From a virus (taxonomy: Duplodnaviria; Caudoviricetes), in the IMG/VR virus record IMGVR_UViG_3300043427_000471, positions 1 through 35,882 of that record: DNA of 35,882 nucleotides; one strand, given 5' to 3'. A model generated the notes under the pieces. That model had not been told where the DNA came from. It made no database searches and saw only the letters and a program-made list of their open reading frames with translations. A program made the translations under genes and the position numbers. Below are positions 34,215 to 35,882 of this stretch, one piece after another. Each line of letters begins with the position of its first letter. Within the stretch, counting starts at the first letter, position 1.

Positions 34215-34886
34215 CTACTCCTTGTTCCACATCGCCTCACAAACATTAGGAACGTGTTCATAGAGAAGATCTTGTACCTGTCCCGCAATAATTGCATGTT
34301 CTCGTTGCGTACCATTAGCTGTCCTCAAGTCACAATAATGCAACCAAGACCTAATCGTTCCATTCATATACAACCTAGAAGGAGCACTCAATGGAAGAAC
34401 ATCTCTTGCACACTCTTTTGCTACACCTGCTGACACCATTTCACGGTAAAGATCCTCAGCTTCTGCAAAGTGTTGTTGAATACGACGTAGGAACTGTTGT
34501 TTCTTTGTTGTATCCAGATCATCTGTGCTGTTCTGACGGTTCTTGAAGTCCTGTCTACGTAGTGATGGAATGATTGGCGTACCAATGGTGGTTACATCTG
34601 CATAACGTTGACTAAACTCCTGAAAGGAGAAGCTTCTATGCCTAAGGATCTGAGCTGCTATTGCTCTAGTGGTGTTGATCTCTACGCACATGTTGACCAT
34701 CTCAAAGGGAGACCAATGCTGATGATCAATGAGGTATTTAATTAGCTTAGCACTGGTCTCAGTGTTTGATTGATTGGATGGGTTGGAAACCCTAGCCATG
34801 TAGCTAATAAGGTTTTCTGCTTCTGGTGTGATGTGGATGAGTCCTACGGAGTGGAATGTAGTAGGACGTTGTGAAGCTGTGTGCAT
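34215..34886 (-). CDS. thyX: FAD-dependent thymidylate synthase
   Basis: HWSPFE, QILRHRSFSFQEFSQRY (RHRx7SxR), KECARDVLP and TQREH motifs; start MHTAS at 34886. Confidence 0.96.
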   Translation of the reverse strand: MHTASQRPTTFHSVGLIHITPEAENLISYMARVSNPSNQSNTETSAKLIKYLIDHQHWSPFEMVNMCVEINTTRAIAAQILRHRSFSFQEFSQRYADVTTIGTPIIPSLRRQDFKNRQNSTDDLDTTKKQQFLRRIQQHFAEAEDLYREMVSAGVAKECARDVLPLSAPSRLYMNGTIRSWLHYCDLRTANGTQREHAIIAGQVQDLLYEHVPNVCEAMWNKE

Positions 34887-35235
34887 TAGTCGGTTTGTTA
34901 ATAAGTGGTAGTTACTAGGATTTTTAATAAGAGAAATGAATCCTGTATCATTCAGATGGCCAATCAAGAGGCCATTCAGATGATTCCGATTCCTTCTCCT
35001 CTAAAAGAAAGTAGTAGTAGTAGTTATTTAGAGATGTCCATTCACCCGCTCACTTCGTTCGCTGAGGACATCAGTAAATTGTGTCAGTTGTGTCATTTGA
35101 GTTCAGTACTCACAGAATGTCCATCCCCAGGGACATTGATAGAGGGGGAGTTGGGGATCACGTCTCGTGAGACACGACTCCCCCCTTCCCCCTTTAAGTC
35201 CGTTATCGGTCAGACCGCTTGCAACAGCTTGTGTC

Positions 35236-35880
35236 TTATTTGGAGACCCAGGTGGGAACGCCTCCGCGTTTACCGCCCCCTCTAGCAGCCCTTCTTTGGC
35301 TCAGATCAAAGCCAAGGACGAGGTGATCTGTGGCGCTCTGAGGGTCGTCCAGGAACGTTTCCAGGAGGTCTTGCCAGTCTTCTTGTCTACGGGCTTTAAC
35401 GGCCTCGTAGGCGCTGATTGACATGGCATCCGTGAAATACTTCACCCCCTGAGCTAGGGAGTCCAATCTGTCGTCATGTTTAACAGCACCCTTCTCCCGA
35501 CACATGCGACTCATCTGGTAAAAGAGCATGTACAGCAGTCGTTCTTCTGGTGCTGCGTCTTTATTGGAGCTGTAGTCCCACTCCACCACCCCTCGATCAA
35601 CGATGAGACGGTGTTGGTTCATGACGGGTTCTAGAGCGTCAATAATCCGATCTTCTTTACGGACATTGGCTCTGACTTCTTCTACGTCTATGGGTTGCTT
35701 GGTCTGTTGAAGGTGTTTTTTGAACAGTTCTGCGACGATACCGTCACCGAAGTTTGTTTCGATAAGGAGTTTAGTAACATTGTACCGCTTACACCCACGA
35801 AGGATGTCAAGAAGTGTATTGTCGCTATAACCGTCGCGATACGCTCGTACTTCGTGAACGTAGAGAAAGCCATTCTTTTG
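35236..35880 (-). CDS. terL: Terminase large subunit, C-terminal nuclease part (open to the window edge)
   Basis: The frame is open from 35880: IETNFGDG, KEDRIIDALEPVMNQHRL and GAVKHDDRLDSL match T7 gp19 motifs. Confidence 0.95.
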   Translation of the reverse strand, partial: QKNGFLYVHEVRAYRDGYSDNTLLDILRGCKRYNVTKLLIETNFGDGIVAELFKKHLQQTKQPIDVEEVRANVRKEDRIIDALEPVMNQHRLIVDRGVVEWDYSSNKDAAPEERLLYMLFYQMSRMCREKGAVKHDDRLDSLAQGVKYFTDAMSISAYEAVKARRQEDWQDLLETFLDDPQSATDHLVLGFDLSQRRAARGGGKRGGVPTWVSK

Positions 35881-35882
35881 AG

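Larger units (their letters stand above)
33812..34917 (-). repeat. Three dispersed 17-bp direct repeats at gene boundaries
   Basis: TAGTAACTACCACTTAT (34917-34901), TAGTCATTACCACTAAT (34198-34182) and TAGTCACCTTCACTTAT (33828-33812). Confidence 0.65.

Noticed and set aside
27262-34917. CRISPR array interpretation of the 12-bp and 17-bp repeats
   Set aside because: The repeats are too short, irregularly spaced and separated by whole genes; no cas genes are present.

Overview
This window is most of the genome of a T7-like (Autographiviridae-type) cyanopodovirus, probably infecting Synechococcus/Cyanobium. All credible protein-coding genes lie on the minus strand. In transcription order (high to low coordinates) it runs: terminase large subunit C-terminus, thyX, two small ORFs, a non-coding gap that is the probable terminal-repeat junction, an early region (small ORFs, GP88-like protein, ribbon-helix-helix and winged-HTH regulators), a tyrosine integrase with an attP carrying the 5' half of tRNA-Leu(CAG), RNA polymerase, SSB, endonuclease I, primase-helicase, a split DNA polymerase, an EndoVII-type nuclease, exonuclease, overprinted nblA, DUF3310, MazG-like protein, class I ribonucleotide reductase, portal, scaffold, an accessory slot (RlpA, micro-ORFs, glutamine-II riboswitch plus DUF4278 peptide), capsid, tail tube A/B, three internal virion proteins and the start of the tail fibre. 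The most notable signals are: (1) a lysogeny-like control region with eight copies of a 12-bp palindrome, two candidate small RNAs and an attP whose promoter/terminator layout would re-wire on integration; (2) a 17-bp repeat that brackets genes after terL like cassettes; (3) a glutamine riboswitch in the late operon together with nblA; (4) a circularly permuted M23 peptidase on an internal virion protein. All family assignments come from motif recognition by eye; no database searches were run.
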